A stretch of 32,282 nucleotides of DNA from Paraglomus brasilianum (lineage: Eukaryota): the NCBI GenBank assembly GCA_910592345.1, contig CAJVPI010000379.1, positions 1-32,282 of the forward strand. Reading direction: 5' to 3'. Every line of letters starts with the position of its first letter. Positions within the stretch are counted from its first letter, which is position 1. Of the stretch, positions 11,101-23,502 are shown one piece after another. The notes beneath the pieces were generated by a model that saw only the letters and a program-made list of their open reading frames with translations, did no database searches and was not told the DNA's origin. Made by a program: the position numbers and the translations under genes.

Positions 11101-13293
11101 CAATTTCCTATATCCAATACCAATAAATAATTCGAGAAATACTAATTTCATAAACGTGTGCAAATGCCTACGTGGAATTGTATTTCTTCAGTTGATTCGC
11201 GCTTACGTTATTGATTACACCAAATAGAGATGCCAAGAAAATTGCACCACGACTCAAGGTTTACACTCAACCACATTTACCTGACGTGTTATTAGAGCAA
11301 TGGCTTTATCAAATTCCTTAAACTTTATTGTGTCTGTACTATTTTTTAACATCGATAAGAAGCTCTATACACATGACATCATGTTGCTAGCTAGCTACTA
11401 CTCTTGACTATTATTGAGTTTTCGAAATCACCCCAGCATCAATGAAATACCATATTTGCTTGTGTTTGATCGTCGTCGACAATAACCATTTTAAGTATGT
11501 TATTTGAACATTATTTATTACTTATTTTTGAAGAATATTCTGGGGGTTATTCTATAGTAAATTCTATTGTTGGATGATCTACATGTGATGTAACGGTAAC
11601 CAAATTTACGTTTGCAATATCAGTGTTCAATCGGGTGTCATACATCCATCCGATCGTCAATTCAATTATTGTGATCAATTAATTCGGTGACATCAACCTC
11701 CAAAGCTGAACTTTTGTTTATCCGATATCCTGCAGCATCAAATAATAACGTTTAAGCTTCTCATATAAGGTTGGACAGATTGGTGCTCTTATTATTATTA
11801 CAATCCTTAAGTTGTGGCGTGACATAACGCAAATGTGGTCTTTACATCTTGTGATACGGAACATGGAATCGTAATTGCTTGTGGCATCGGCATTATCAAA
11901 TGACTTGTATTTGAAGTTTACATAGAAGCCAACCTTATTAGCTAATCTATTTTGTGAAAAATATGTCAAATACTGTGTGCATGGTTATAATGATATTCCG
12001 TCACAAGGGTAATTGAATAAACTACTTATTTAGTTAGCGAGAGGGAGTTGACTGTTAGGACTCACAATAATGTGTCTTTCGCCGTTGATACTGGTAGTAA
12101 CAAGTTTTTACCAGGTTATGGTTGCAAGGTCGCTATATAGACAGACCCTCATTTTATGACCCATATCCTGTAATACGCACAGTTCAGCCGCAATAAGCAT
12201 AAAGTTATGAATAGATTTTTCCGAAGAATACAATCAGTTAGCTCATAAATGTCGTTTGCAATAGGGGCGTTGTTTATTGAAACATATTTATTGTGTAACC
12301 AAGTTTTGATACCAAAAACTGTTACCCTACCCCTTAACAATAAACAACAATAGCAATTATTGTTACTAGCGACAACAGCAACAGCAGCAATAGTGACAGA
12401 ACATCAATCAGGAAGTTCCCTGCAATTAATCCATCCGAATTTAATATTTGTTTGTGTTTGTGCGTTTTTGTTTACCCTCTTAGTTTACAAGACGATAGCG
12501 TGCACAGTCTCCGAGTCCAGTCCTTCCGTTTTAAATTCTGCCGTCTTTTGTGTTTCACCTATTATTACTCTTAAATTATTGTAAGTGTTCTCTGACTAGG
12601 TGCCATTGGATACTCTTACAATACAATTCGAGCTCCATTATCACTTACGAATACTCAAATGAGGGAAAGAACCGTTACAATTATTAACTTTTATTGACTA
12701 GACTAGTTTTTAGGTTAAGTGGGTCAGAAATATTTTGAGCCGACATGCGATCAACGAGTCAAACTAAGGAAACCCGCTGTGAGGTGATAAAACATGTTTA
12801 CATTTTGCTTGTTGTCCAAATAAAAAAAATGGTTGTTTCTACCTTGTTTATCGTATACTGTCATTGGTTGCAGACATGCCGTACAAGCATTTAATTGATG
12901 TCGAGAAACAAACAAATTCGGAGCTATTTAAATTTTTCTCATGAACGAAACACAATTTTCTTTATTCACATCAATAAGATTGTTCATGGTGAATTTATCA
13001 TTACATGAATATATCAAACTCTTTTTCTTTTTTTTCTTTTTTGACAAACGAAAAACGCATCGTCAAATAAGACAAAATCAAAATTATTAGGATAACTAAT
13101 AACTTAAATTTTCACTATTAAAATTAAATGAATAACCCAAGTAAAAATATACATAAAATTCACTGCTGCTTGCAGTGGCTTGATAGATTTTTTTTTTTGA
13201 ATGGGCGGAGTGGATGACATTTTGATGTAGGGGAGGACAAGCAATTACTGTGCACTATAAAAAATGTTCTCAATATATAAAATAATAATAATG

Positions 13294-14439
13294 TCATGTA
13301 GTGCACATTTGTAATTGCCAAGACGTATCTATAAACGATTCACCCCTACGCCATAATTTTAATGGTGAATTCATCCACGCCGCCCACGCTTTTAATTCAT
13401 TATTATGACAAGAACATACCTCTACCCTACCTAATCTAGGAAACCTTGCATATAACAGCGGCGATACTGCACTACCGTTAAGATCGCAACCTTTGAGCGT
13501 TAGTCGCTCTAAATTATAACATGCTGCAATATTATTTAACGGCTTTGTAGCCGTAAAATTGACATCGTGAAAATGTATATCTGTTAAAAACTCGGCCTGT
13601 GTCTGAATTGCTTCTAATACATATCCTATGTTAGCTCCGTAATGCCTGAATGTCCAAAATTGTATTCGTGTTAGAGAATTTTGAGCCTTTATGAGCTCAG
13701 ACAAGCCGAGCATTTCCGCTTTCCCGTTGTCCTCGGGGGAACCCCAATTGGCTAAGGTTAAATGCATAGAAAGTATATTGCGGCATATTTTCGCTAGGGA
13801 TGATAGAAAGACAGACTTTTGGTAGCAGGCTGCTATTTCGAGTTCTCTTACGGGGGTTAAAAGCGAGTGTAATTCTGGTTGTAAGAGTAATAAATATTCG
13901 TTACTGTCCAATTGATCTTCCCATGTAAGGACTCTTAGGTGATAGAGTTTTACGCCCACTCGAATAAACATCTTCATAATTTCAGTTGACATTACGTGGC
14001 GTAAATTTTCGTAATCAGACTTGTGTGTTTCTCTTCTTCTGCCTCTGGCCCCATTCAATGTATTCGACTCGTTGCCTTTGGTTGTTGTCATCGTTGCTTT
14101 TGCAATATACGCTTTAATCGATTTCATAAAAGCCCAGTAATCAAAATCTCTCAGGTATAGTGGATAGTTGTGGTATGGTTTGGTTGTTGGAAGAGAAATA
14201 TCGTGTACTCGCGTAATTGCATCGCGCTCTGATGAGGAAAGTGAATGAAGAAATGTGTTGATAAGCGAAGCGGATGTATGACGGAATGGTTTGGACCAGT
14301 AGATGGGAACTGCGTTTGAGCACCAGTGATGATTTACTAGCATACATGAATGAAGGGCAGAAAGGGCTATCGAAGAATCCTCTGACGAGAGGTAAAGGAA
14401 AATGTCACGCAGAATTAGGTGAGGAATGAATGGGGACAT
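13294..14439 (-). CDS. F-box protein with C-terminal LRR/RNI-like region, 381 aa, single exon
   Basis: N-terminal F-box pattern IPHLILRDIFLYL...LHSCMLVNHHWCSNAVPIYWSKPF, then PYHNYPLYLRDFDY. The C-terminal half has LRR-like segments (LIKAQNSLTRIQF, CYNLERLTLKGC, FPRLGRVEV). The ATG-to-TGA ORF is uninterrupted. Confidence 0.88.
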   Translation of the reverse strand: MSPFIPHLILRDIFLYLSSEDSSIALSALHSCMLVNHHWCSNAVPIYWSKPFRHTSASLINTFLHSLSSSERDAITRVHDISLPTTKPYHNYPLYLRDFDYWAFMKSIKAYIAKATMTTTKGNESNTLNGARGRRRETHKSDYENLRHVMSTEIMKMFIRVGVKLYHLRVLTWEDQLDSNEYLLLLQPELHSLLTPVRELEIAACYQKSVFLSSLAKICRNILSMHLTLANWGSPEDNGKAEMLGLSELIKAQNSLTRIQFWTFRHYGANIGYVLEAIQTQAEFLTDIHFHDVNFTATKPLNNIAACYNLERLTLKGCDLNGSAVSPLLYARFPRLGRVEVCSCHNNELKAWAAWMNSPLKLWRRGESFIDTSWQLQMCTT

Positions 14440-16729
14440 GATGAGAGAAGAGAGTTTGGTATTGAGAATTTACGTAAGGTAGAGAGAGAGTGTGGGTTTC
14501 CTTGGTTTGATTTAGTGAGAGTTTTCAACTTGTTGGATTTCGGCACGTTTAATTTATATTAATTTTCTGTGTTACAAAAATGCGGGCCGTTGAAAAGGAT
14601 GTGTACACGTGATGCAGTAGTATGCTGACGTTATTGTGTTTGTGGACCGAGTTTCTCAAATTCATTGATTGTATGGGTGAGAAAAAAATTTCCATCTTTT
14701 GATGCAAAAGATACAAAAAGCGAGTGTAGAATACCAGACTTTTGGAACGTAGTCATGGCAAAAAGAAGATAAAATAGAGGTGACATAAGCATGACATGTG
14801 TCACATGAGCGATAACATTAGAGCACTAATACTAGTACAAATAAAAAATCTCGATAGCCGTAATAACATTAGAGTAAAGAATATGTGTAATAATGGCGAG
14901 ACATTGCATCAATGGCAGACAAAGGATAAATAAACTTATTGTTTAATATTGGTTCTCACGTAATATTCTTTTGTTTATGATGTGCGTTTATTTGTAAGGC
15001 TAACTGTTCAGAACGCGATGTAAAAGAGAATCAAGTATAATAGATATGGTTAGCACAGATCGGTCTCGATAGTACTGCTTGATATAATAGGAGATGTATT
15101 CATTTAGTGTTATTAAATATTTTGTTGATTGACATGTGAATATTCCCTTGATATATATATATGCTTATATGATCATCCGGTAAGGGACGTTCCGTGTGTT
15201 TAATTCTCGTTGCTTTTGTTGTACTTGTCATATTGAAATACCAAGTCTTTATTTACAAAAGTGTTTGTTGCATTTTAGAGTTCTTCAAGTATTGACTCGA
15301 TATGTTGTACTCCTTATAATCAAGATAGAACAATCTATATTTACCCCTTGCAATCTCAAACGCCAATGAATGCTTAATATGGTTATAGAGTGATGGGGCA
15401 TAGTTGATGGGAAAGAACAAGAACGATGCAAATAGATATGGATTGACTGTGGATAGGTTTAGATACTGCACGGGCTATTATAGTTATCACGCATTTACAA
15501 ATATATGTCAATATTCTTTTGAAGACAAAAGAAGAGTATAAAAAGACATTCGAGCAAGTGCACAAATAAAACGTTGCAATCTCGCGCTCTTTAATTGTGC
15601 ATCCATTTGCAAAACAGTAATATACCAATAATTAACTTGGTGTACTTGTGTTGTAAAACAGGAGCTGTGATGGTTACATTGAGAAAGCAATCAGAATCCC
15701 AAAATTTGTGTGAGAATGCAATCTCTTCGTTCCAACGTATAGACAATTATTGTGCACCCTAACATCATAGGCTTTTAACCTAATAAGCAACATTGTAAAA
15801 GTTGTAATTATTACATGTTTATAAGACGCAATTAATATATGGCTCATACGCTAACCCCTCTAACCACACATTAACTCAAGGATACCAGTACGCACGATTA
15901 CCAGTTTCCATAACGGTTCATCCAACATTGTTAAAAAACTGTATACATTTTAATAGAGCACGCATATTAATCGCATATAGCATACATACAAAGAGGTGGT
16001 AAGCACAGATTAATTACCGATAACCACAGAGGATAACAGATTGACGTGCAGTGAGTTTTGCCTTTAAAATCTGAATTATGTATGTCAGTTCCGTACCAAG
16101 ACAACAAATTCTACGAGATAACGTTCAGATAAGGTTGCAAGGTTGCGCCCCAACTGGGAATCGAGACCAATCTGGGGCCGTTAAATGCAACAAAGACCAA
16201 GCTCATTCAAGCCACTGTGCAGGAACAAAGATTCTTCTGTTTAGAATGTCATTGGTGCATATACAAACAGGTTGGTTACTATATCGAGGCAATGGGTAAG
16301 GGATGGATTGTCACACAAACAAAAAAACAACAATCTGACCCGGTTCAAAGATTATCAACCAGATATTAAATTTAATGTTCAACGCAGCGTATGTCAACGA
16401 GATAGCAAAATAGCGGGTATACGTTCTATAATATGTACTTTTTTATATTGCTCTCGTCTTGTCGGACGGTACATCCTATGTATATACTGTATATTGAGGA
16501 ATAAGAGCCGCCGGAGAGATATGACGATAACGGTGATTCTCTGCTAGTTGTATTCTATGGTTATCGATGGTCTCTAATTGTTTGCTTTCAGTTTTTTCCT
16601 TGTCCGCATTAGTTATCAATCTATCAGTTTGTGTAATATAACTAAAATATGTGTTTGACCACTTGCGCTTGAACACGGAAGAAATCCCGTATCTAAACCG
16701 GATAATCCCCTGTGTTCTTTGTTCTTTTA

Positions 16730-18130
16730 ATAATAATGCTCTTTACAAATAAACTTTTTCTCAGCCCCCTTGCATATTGTTTCGACAACAGCCTCTTTGT
16801 TAGCGTTTAGTTAGGATAGGTCTCTTAAACTTGGCCTTGCATCTTGCTATGAGTCAAAAGAATAGTCATAGACGTATGCATGGAATGCTCGCAGATCCTT
16901 ATTCAGCATGGCGACTGCGTAATACTCATGGCTAACTGTCTCGTTTATTATATTCACCAATACCATCGTTTCCTCCAACGCTTTTCGTAAAGCAAAGTCT
17001 CTTTCCCGGCTAGTATTGTTTCTTCGAAGAAGATTGACTGCATGTCAACAGTTTTTGTCTCTTGAAACTTTTGCGATTTTTACTATTGTACATTTTGGTA
17101 GAGATGTATTGGGGATGATCGTAATTCTGGTGATCTTCGCATAAATGCCTATAATGGAAACAATTTCTATACCTTAATAGTAAACTTAAATTTTGAAAAC
17201 AATAGTTTGTATGTTACAAAATTTGGCCGATCATTGACAGTTTTGGGGAGCGATATTAAATCTAATATGATCTTTAACAATCATTCAGATAATAAAAGCA
17301 AATTCGCCGGTGTACAAAGGCACTAAATTTATCGTCTCTTGCATTGAACCTCGTCTTTTGCATTGAGAGATTAGTATTAGCAATAGTTTACTTTTGCTGC
17401 GGATAAGACTTTTTCTTTACTATCAATATTATTAACATTTCACCATAATATAAAATATGGCTGTACTGTGTGTGAGATACGCCATATAAGCTACGTTTAA
17501 TTTATCGTATTAGAAATTGCAATACCGGTGCCAAGACAATATAAGCCGCACTTGTACTTCTTTGTTGACAAATCTCACGTTAGCCTTCCAAATTTGACTC
17601 GACGAAAATTTCATGTGGAATATGTCGTAGCAGCGGTCTTGTCGTAATTGTTGAATACACACATGACGAACTATTGGTAAAAACCTTCAGCAACTCACAC
17701 GGGTCCATAGTTTCAAATGCATGTCAAAAAATAAAAAGGTGCGCCTTTCGGAAGATGCGATACCATGTCTATAGTAACAATGCCACTATAACAACGGACT
17801 TCTATATATGTACAGGACTTGCATGTGTATGACGTTGGACAGTCATGTGTACCTTATCCTATGTCAAAAATGTAAATGTCTATGGCATTCCTGTTCTCTT
17901 GTTTTAAGTAACAGTTGCCGACGTCCGTGAATACTGCCTCCGAGTTCATTTGTCAGAATGCGTGTTACAGAATATTCGTTATCGACAATAAAACTCGGGG
18001 CATTCCATACTTTTGGAGAGTCAAAGTTTAATCAAATTGATTAAAATTCCCATGCCTCGTGCATATTTGGAAGGTCAACGTGACTAGCTTTAATAATTTG
18101 AGTATATTCGGTCATCCAGTCTTGGCACAA
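16730..18130 (-). pseudogene. Possible decayed coding remnant(s), family unknown
   Basis: Long minus-strand frames with only scattered stops: ~17148-16730 (AVNLLRRNNTSRERDFALRKALEETMVLVNIINETVSHEYYAVAML...), which follows a pyrimidine-rich TAG acceptor-like site, and ~18120-17855 (DWMTEYTQIIKASHVDLPNMHEAWEF*...). No diagnostic motif. Confidence 0.25.
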
Positions 18131-19559
18131 AGACCAAATCGGAGTTCCCAACTCTTGCTTTTAGAAGCTTGCGTTCGAAGTGAGTATGCATAAACTTATG
18201 TTTGACGGCGTCATACGCCCTATACCTAACTGGTCATCAGATAAGTGATGGGTTACACGCATGGTCAAGCATGATAAAGCTTGCTATTTTCATTGGATAC
18301 AAGTCGTTTAAAAGATCCCTCATTTTCCAAAAGTTTATTTATTGTTGTCAGTATTTTGTAAATGTTAATAGCTTGCAGATTGTGCGAACCAGTTGATAAT
18401 GAAACAATTGTATGGGGTACACAGAAGAGTTTGAAACTTGACTACTCCCCACGCAATGATTATTGTTTGACATGAAATAGTGTCAATTTTCCAGGGTAAA
18501 TAAAAAACCACTGTAGTTGTGTCAAATTGGAACCATGTCTCTTTCATGCCGGCATATTTCAGATGACGAATATTTCTTCTTCCACTTCGTTTCACAAGTT
18601 TTATACTTTGTCTTTGTTGTACACAAGTGCTATTCTTTGACTGTACATGAAGACCACTTTGTTTGGTTTTACAATAGACAATGTCACAAAATTGGCGCAA
18701 TCGAGTCAGTTCTTCTATTGTTATTAAAGTTCAGTTACATACAATACCTTATGCGATACAATAAGCGTACGATACTTGCTACCAATTTCGAATAAATGAA
18801 ATAGATTTTTTTTGTTCGAAATTCTTATGTAATCTTAATAGTACAATATAAAGTTTGTTATTGCAACACCTATGTCGGCACACATTTGCTGACATTTTTA
18901 TGTCTTGTGTTCAACTATGAGTCGCCTGGTACATACAAACAAAGTAACATTCAATGCGCCCTAAATGTTTACTGATATGAAAGCATAAATTTGTGATAGT
19001 CGATTGTCCCGCCTGCCCCCGTTATTCTTATTGGGCCATAGTTTGTACGTGGGGACAAAGTGAAAATTTGATCACATGAATTCAAAATGGCTGGTAGGCT
19101 CCGATTTAGTCAGCGGTGACTCATGTGTGAATCCATGTATCATATCAAATGTGATTAACATAAAACTTGGTAGAGATGAACTTTTTGCTTTGAGGTTTAA
19201 GATGTTCAATATTGGACCATGTCTACATAAAAAAATATGAACCTAATTTACATTAAATTTGCCATGGAACCAGCATTTTTTTTTAAAAAAAAAAAAACAA
19301 GGTAAGAATTTGCACCACCTGACGAATAGACTGCAGCTCAATGAAGTGTACACATGTAATAATATATTTTCCTTTATATATTATAGTGTACTTTATTAAA
19401 CCACCCTGTTTCAAGAATGGTTGCATAAGTTTGATATTCAAAGGGCATGAACATCCACTACTACTACGATAATATATTTTAGCATAGCATCTTTTTTTTA
19501 ATATAATAATGATAAGCATTGTTACTTATATTGTAAACAAAATTGTTGACTAACTTTTT

Positions 19560-19777
19560 GTAAGACCTGTACATTTCTTAACATTATAATACTCTTTATA
19601 AGGACCTTTTTTGTATGGTCCAATGCCTTATAGTAACCACCTGTGCTTTGCCATTTTACTCACCATTAAAATTAGCAAGTCATTACTATTACTATTACTA
19701 TGCTGCATGTAAGAACCACTGGTTATAGGTCTGATTTTGCTTTGCCCAGGGTGGCCTTATAAAGAGAGTTGACTGTA
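19560..19777. mobile_element. Single end of a Tc1/mariner-superfamily (pogo-like) TIR element
   Basis: GCCTTATAAAGAGAGTTGACTG ends at 19775 and is followed by TA (minus strand reads TA-CAGTCAACTCTCTTTATAAGGC). An inverted subterminal copy ACTCTTTATAAGG lies at 19591. No partner TIR found. Confidence 0.55.
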
Positions 19778-22700
19778 GTTTGATTTTTCAAAAGTTTGTG
19801 AAAGCATTTAAATGACTACAAAAGCATCCATTTTTAATTTACCATAAATAAAAACTATATTAATCTATCAATATCAACAGTATTATGAGTCACCATTTAG
19901 TGAATAGTGGGAGCAGTTTCGAAATAAAAAAAAAAATACATTTTTGTTTACCTTCCTTGCTATTTCCAGAGCTCTATATCCTGACATTCCAGCCTCACAT
20001 TAGATATTTAATTTCTGAATAATAAGGTTGAAAAGAATTTTTTGTTTTCTCTTTTATTTACTTACCAATATTTTTCTTTTTGCTGTTTGGTAAGCTGGTA
20101 ATTCTTTCATTGCTAAATAATCCCTTCTTGACTTTTAGCTGATTATGATCTAGAATAGTTTGAAAGGCTTTATGTAATTCACAACCTTTTTTTTTTGGAA
20201 CATTGCTGAGAACAGCCCTTTTCCAAAATAAATTTGCTTGTTCATATGGGGTAGACTGCAACAAAACCAGACAAAGTGAACATTTGACTGCATGAGCTAA
20301 AAATGGCTGATGTGGCTGAAATGTCAACTAAATAACTGATGACATCTTGGAAAAGGTTTTGCTTTAATGGTATAGCTGTGGCTCAGATAGATGATCCTAG
20401 ATCTTGTTAAGCAAATATGACTTCTTTTTAATTGAAACTGGCACGGTTGTTTGCTAAAAATTATAAGATGCCTGCATCGTCATTCAAGTACAATGAGATC
20501 GCGTTGGCTTCATCAGCGACAATAGATTCACGTTTGTATCATTGTTCAGCCCGGAGTTTTGCATTACATCATTTAGCATGTTTGAATCTAAAGCTAAACA
20601 GAAATCTGAAATATCAACTTCACTGTTGTATAACATACCTTTTTTAAAAATGACATTCAGTACAAGTATTTTCTAATATTATGAAAAACATTCTAAGAAC
20701 GTTTAGCTAACTTGAAAGGGAAACTAGTTAATTCCCCCGATCATTGTAATACGCATATTAAATCTTAAAATAGTTAAAAAGACCGCCTAGCGACAATACT
20801 TTATTCACACTCCAGTCTTGCGCATCGATTTCAATGTTATTGTCGTGACCATGAAATCGGTTTGATATACAGTGTGATAAAGATTTGGGACAAACAAATA
20901 AATTTTGTCAATTTATAACTTAAAATAGGTAGATTTAAGATTGTGTTGGACAGAATTGGAAAATATTATCCAATCAAACATTTGTGTACTTGAAAATCGA
21001 AATTTCAAATTTTCCCCCACAAGTGTGAGAATTTATCAGAATGAACTCTTTGATCTGTTGTTGCCCATTTGACGTGTTAGAGGTAAAGTTATCAATTTGT
21101 TCGAGGGAGCAGGGGAATATTAGAGTGTAGCAGATAGTTCCATATTAATATATCTGTAAGTGCAGTCAACTATAAACTACGTTGGTCCAACAATTTACTA
21201 TATTCATATTATAGGGACAAATCTGTGCGCTATACTGAGTAAACAGTTGGTGGTTACATGGAGTGTTACTATCACCCAAAGATACGATTGTGGGTAGTTC
21301 GTGTAGGATAGTCAATCCAATGACAAAGAAAAGCTGATATTAGAGATCAAACAACATGATTGTATACATTGACGATGAGAAGCACCAATCTATTGATAAG
21401 AATCAGAGGTAACTATGGTATTGGGATAATATTTATGATTAATCCAGGGTTCTAAAATGAATGGCTATTAGAGAAAAATTGTAGGTCGTTTCAAATCCAA
21501 AACCCTCACGTTTATAGGTCTTGTTTATGCTATGATAGCTGAAGAACATGGTCATGTCGTTCTACATGAGTCGCTTGGTCGACTGGTGCCATGAAACATA
21601 GATCTGTAGAAAATGGGGTCACAAAAGGACGATTAACGTTAAAGCCGAAAATCGTTCCCAAGTAAGGTCCTGGAATTCTGAAAATGGCTTATACCTTATA
21701 ATGTGCTTACCAAGTTTTTAGACAGCTTGCTACGCGTTTGTAAGCATCGGGGCTACATTTGCCGAGCCAACGACCGAATATCACAGGGCGGATTGGCCTT
21801 CATTCCAAATTGACTGTAACATTACGCAAGAGGTCGGGTATTGGGTGCAGTTAGAGTGCCCGTCTTGAAAATGTGTGAATAGAGAATAATCCTTATGAAG
21901 TCGGTGAATTAAGGCCTAGGGTATGTATAGGAACAGATAATAATAAGCCTGATGATTCCAATAACTTTTCTTGAAATAAATTTTGGTCATGTTTCAATCT
22001 TACCTTAACCGCGTTCCAAGCGTATACGAGCCTGAGAACGACAATATAGCTCTTTCAAAATTTGCGTAGCTAGTTGTGACTAAAGCCAACCACGTTTTCT
22101 TTCTTTTTTTCGTTTGATGTTTTGACAGACAATAGTGTCGTGGAAGTGGGGCAAATCTCCGATCATATATTTGGCCTAAAAAAACAGTAAAAATTTGCTC
22201 TGAAGATGTAAATCACTCTCATCGACAGAGGGAGCATCAAGAACGAAAATTTATTGTTACCATCCTCTTCGGCTTTTCACTTTCACTAGAATTACTAGTG
22301 ATGTGATGGATACTCACGTGATCATATGTAAACTTCATTGATATCGAATAATCAGCATGTTCTCGCCGTGGCCTAAGTTCGATTCCGTTAATATGTCATC
22401 GTTGTCGAGGTGTATTGAAGCAACGAATTTTTACGCCTACCTCATCGGAAATGGCAAGTCGCTATTCGTTACTCGTCTGCGCCAGCTCGTCAACCTCAAA
22501 ATTGGAAACAAGGATCGGACTGTAAAATAAACGTTCAAGTTCTACGCTTATTTCGTATATTGATCCTGGTCACGTATTTTGCATATGAGCAACCATTCCC
22601 AGTTCATTTTCCAATCAAAAAATTGATTCGATATTCACATCGGATGAAACATACCAATCTATAAGGCACTCTCGCTTACACCATCCACTCTCAACCCAAA

Positions 22701-23502
22701 CTCAACATTTTTTCAGTAACGAACAGGTAAAGAATTTCACAAAAATTCGCACTTTTTCTTGTTATGTTTTCAATCAAATTTGATACAAAACAATCTGAAG
22801 AGGTTGTTTTAAAAAAAACAAAAAACACTTGCATTGGAAAGAAAAAGAAAAGTAATATAAGATTTGAAAACAAAAAGATAAAAGGCATCATCATGAAGAC
22901 TTACGTAAAGCATGAGTAAAAACCATGAATCATTAACAAAAAAATGCTATCTTGAAAGCGGAAGGGAAATAAATTGAATTATCGTTGCGTACTTTTCGAG
23001 TACTGTTTCTTAAATTTCATAAAGTATAAGATAGCATTATAGAAACTTGATAAAATTGGGAATTTAGAAAGAAATAAAGGATAGAGAATAATGTCGGATG
23101 AATGCATATTAGGGTAATACTGTGTACGCGCCATGGAAAAATATACTATGCATAAGGTGGCATAATAGGAAGACCGGGGGAAGGGGAAATGTCGCATCGC
23201 CGCCGTTGTCACAAAAAATATACAAACCTCGTAACTGTGCATTGTCAAATTTCTTTCCCAAAGTCTTTGTACATGTATTATTACAAGTATTTTTTCCCCA
23301 CAAGAAAGTTAATCATAATTACAGTTTAACCTTTTCACCTCATTTCACCAACGCCTTTCTTCCTCTTTCCCACCAAACATCCTGTACCATCTTTTTTTTT
23401 GTTTGTTTGTTTTTTTATGTTATTTTTTATTTGTTTTGTTCTTTTTTTATATCCACGTTCTTCGCATTCATCTTAGACTTGTCCTTTTGTCATTTCTTTC
23501 AT

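Noticed and set aside
22358..22530. tRNA-like boxes (GTGGCCTAAGT / GTTCGATTCC) and a short ORF containing GNGKSLF
   Set aside because: The boxes overlap with no room for a cloverleaf, and the P-loop-like peptide lacks a full GxxxxGK[ST] and any supporting domain.
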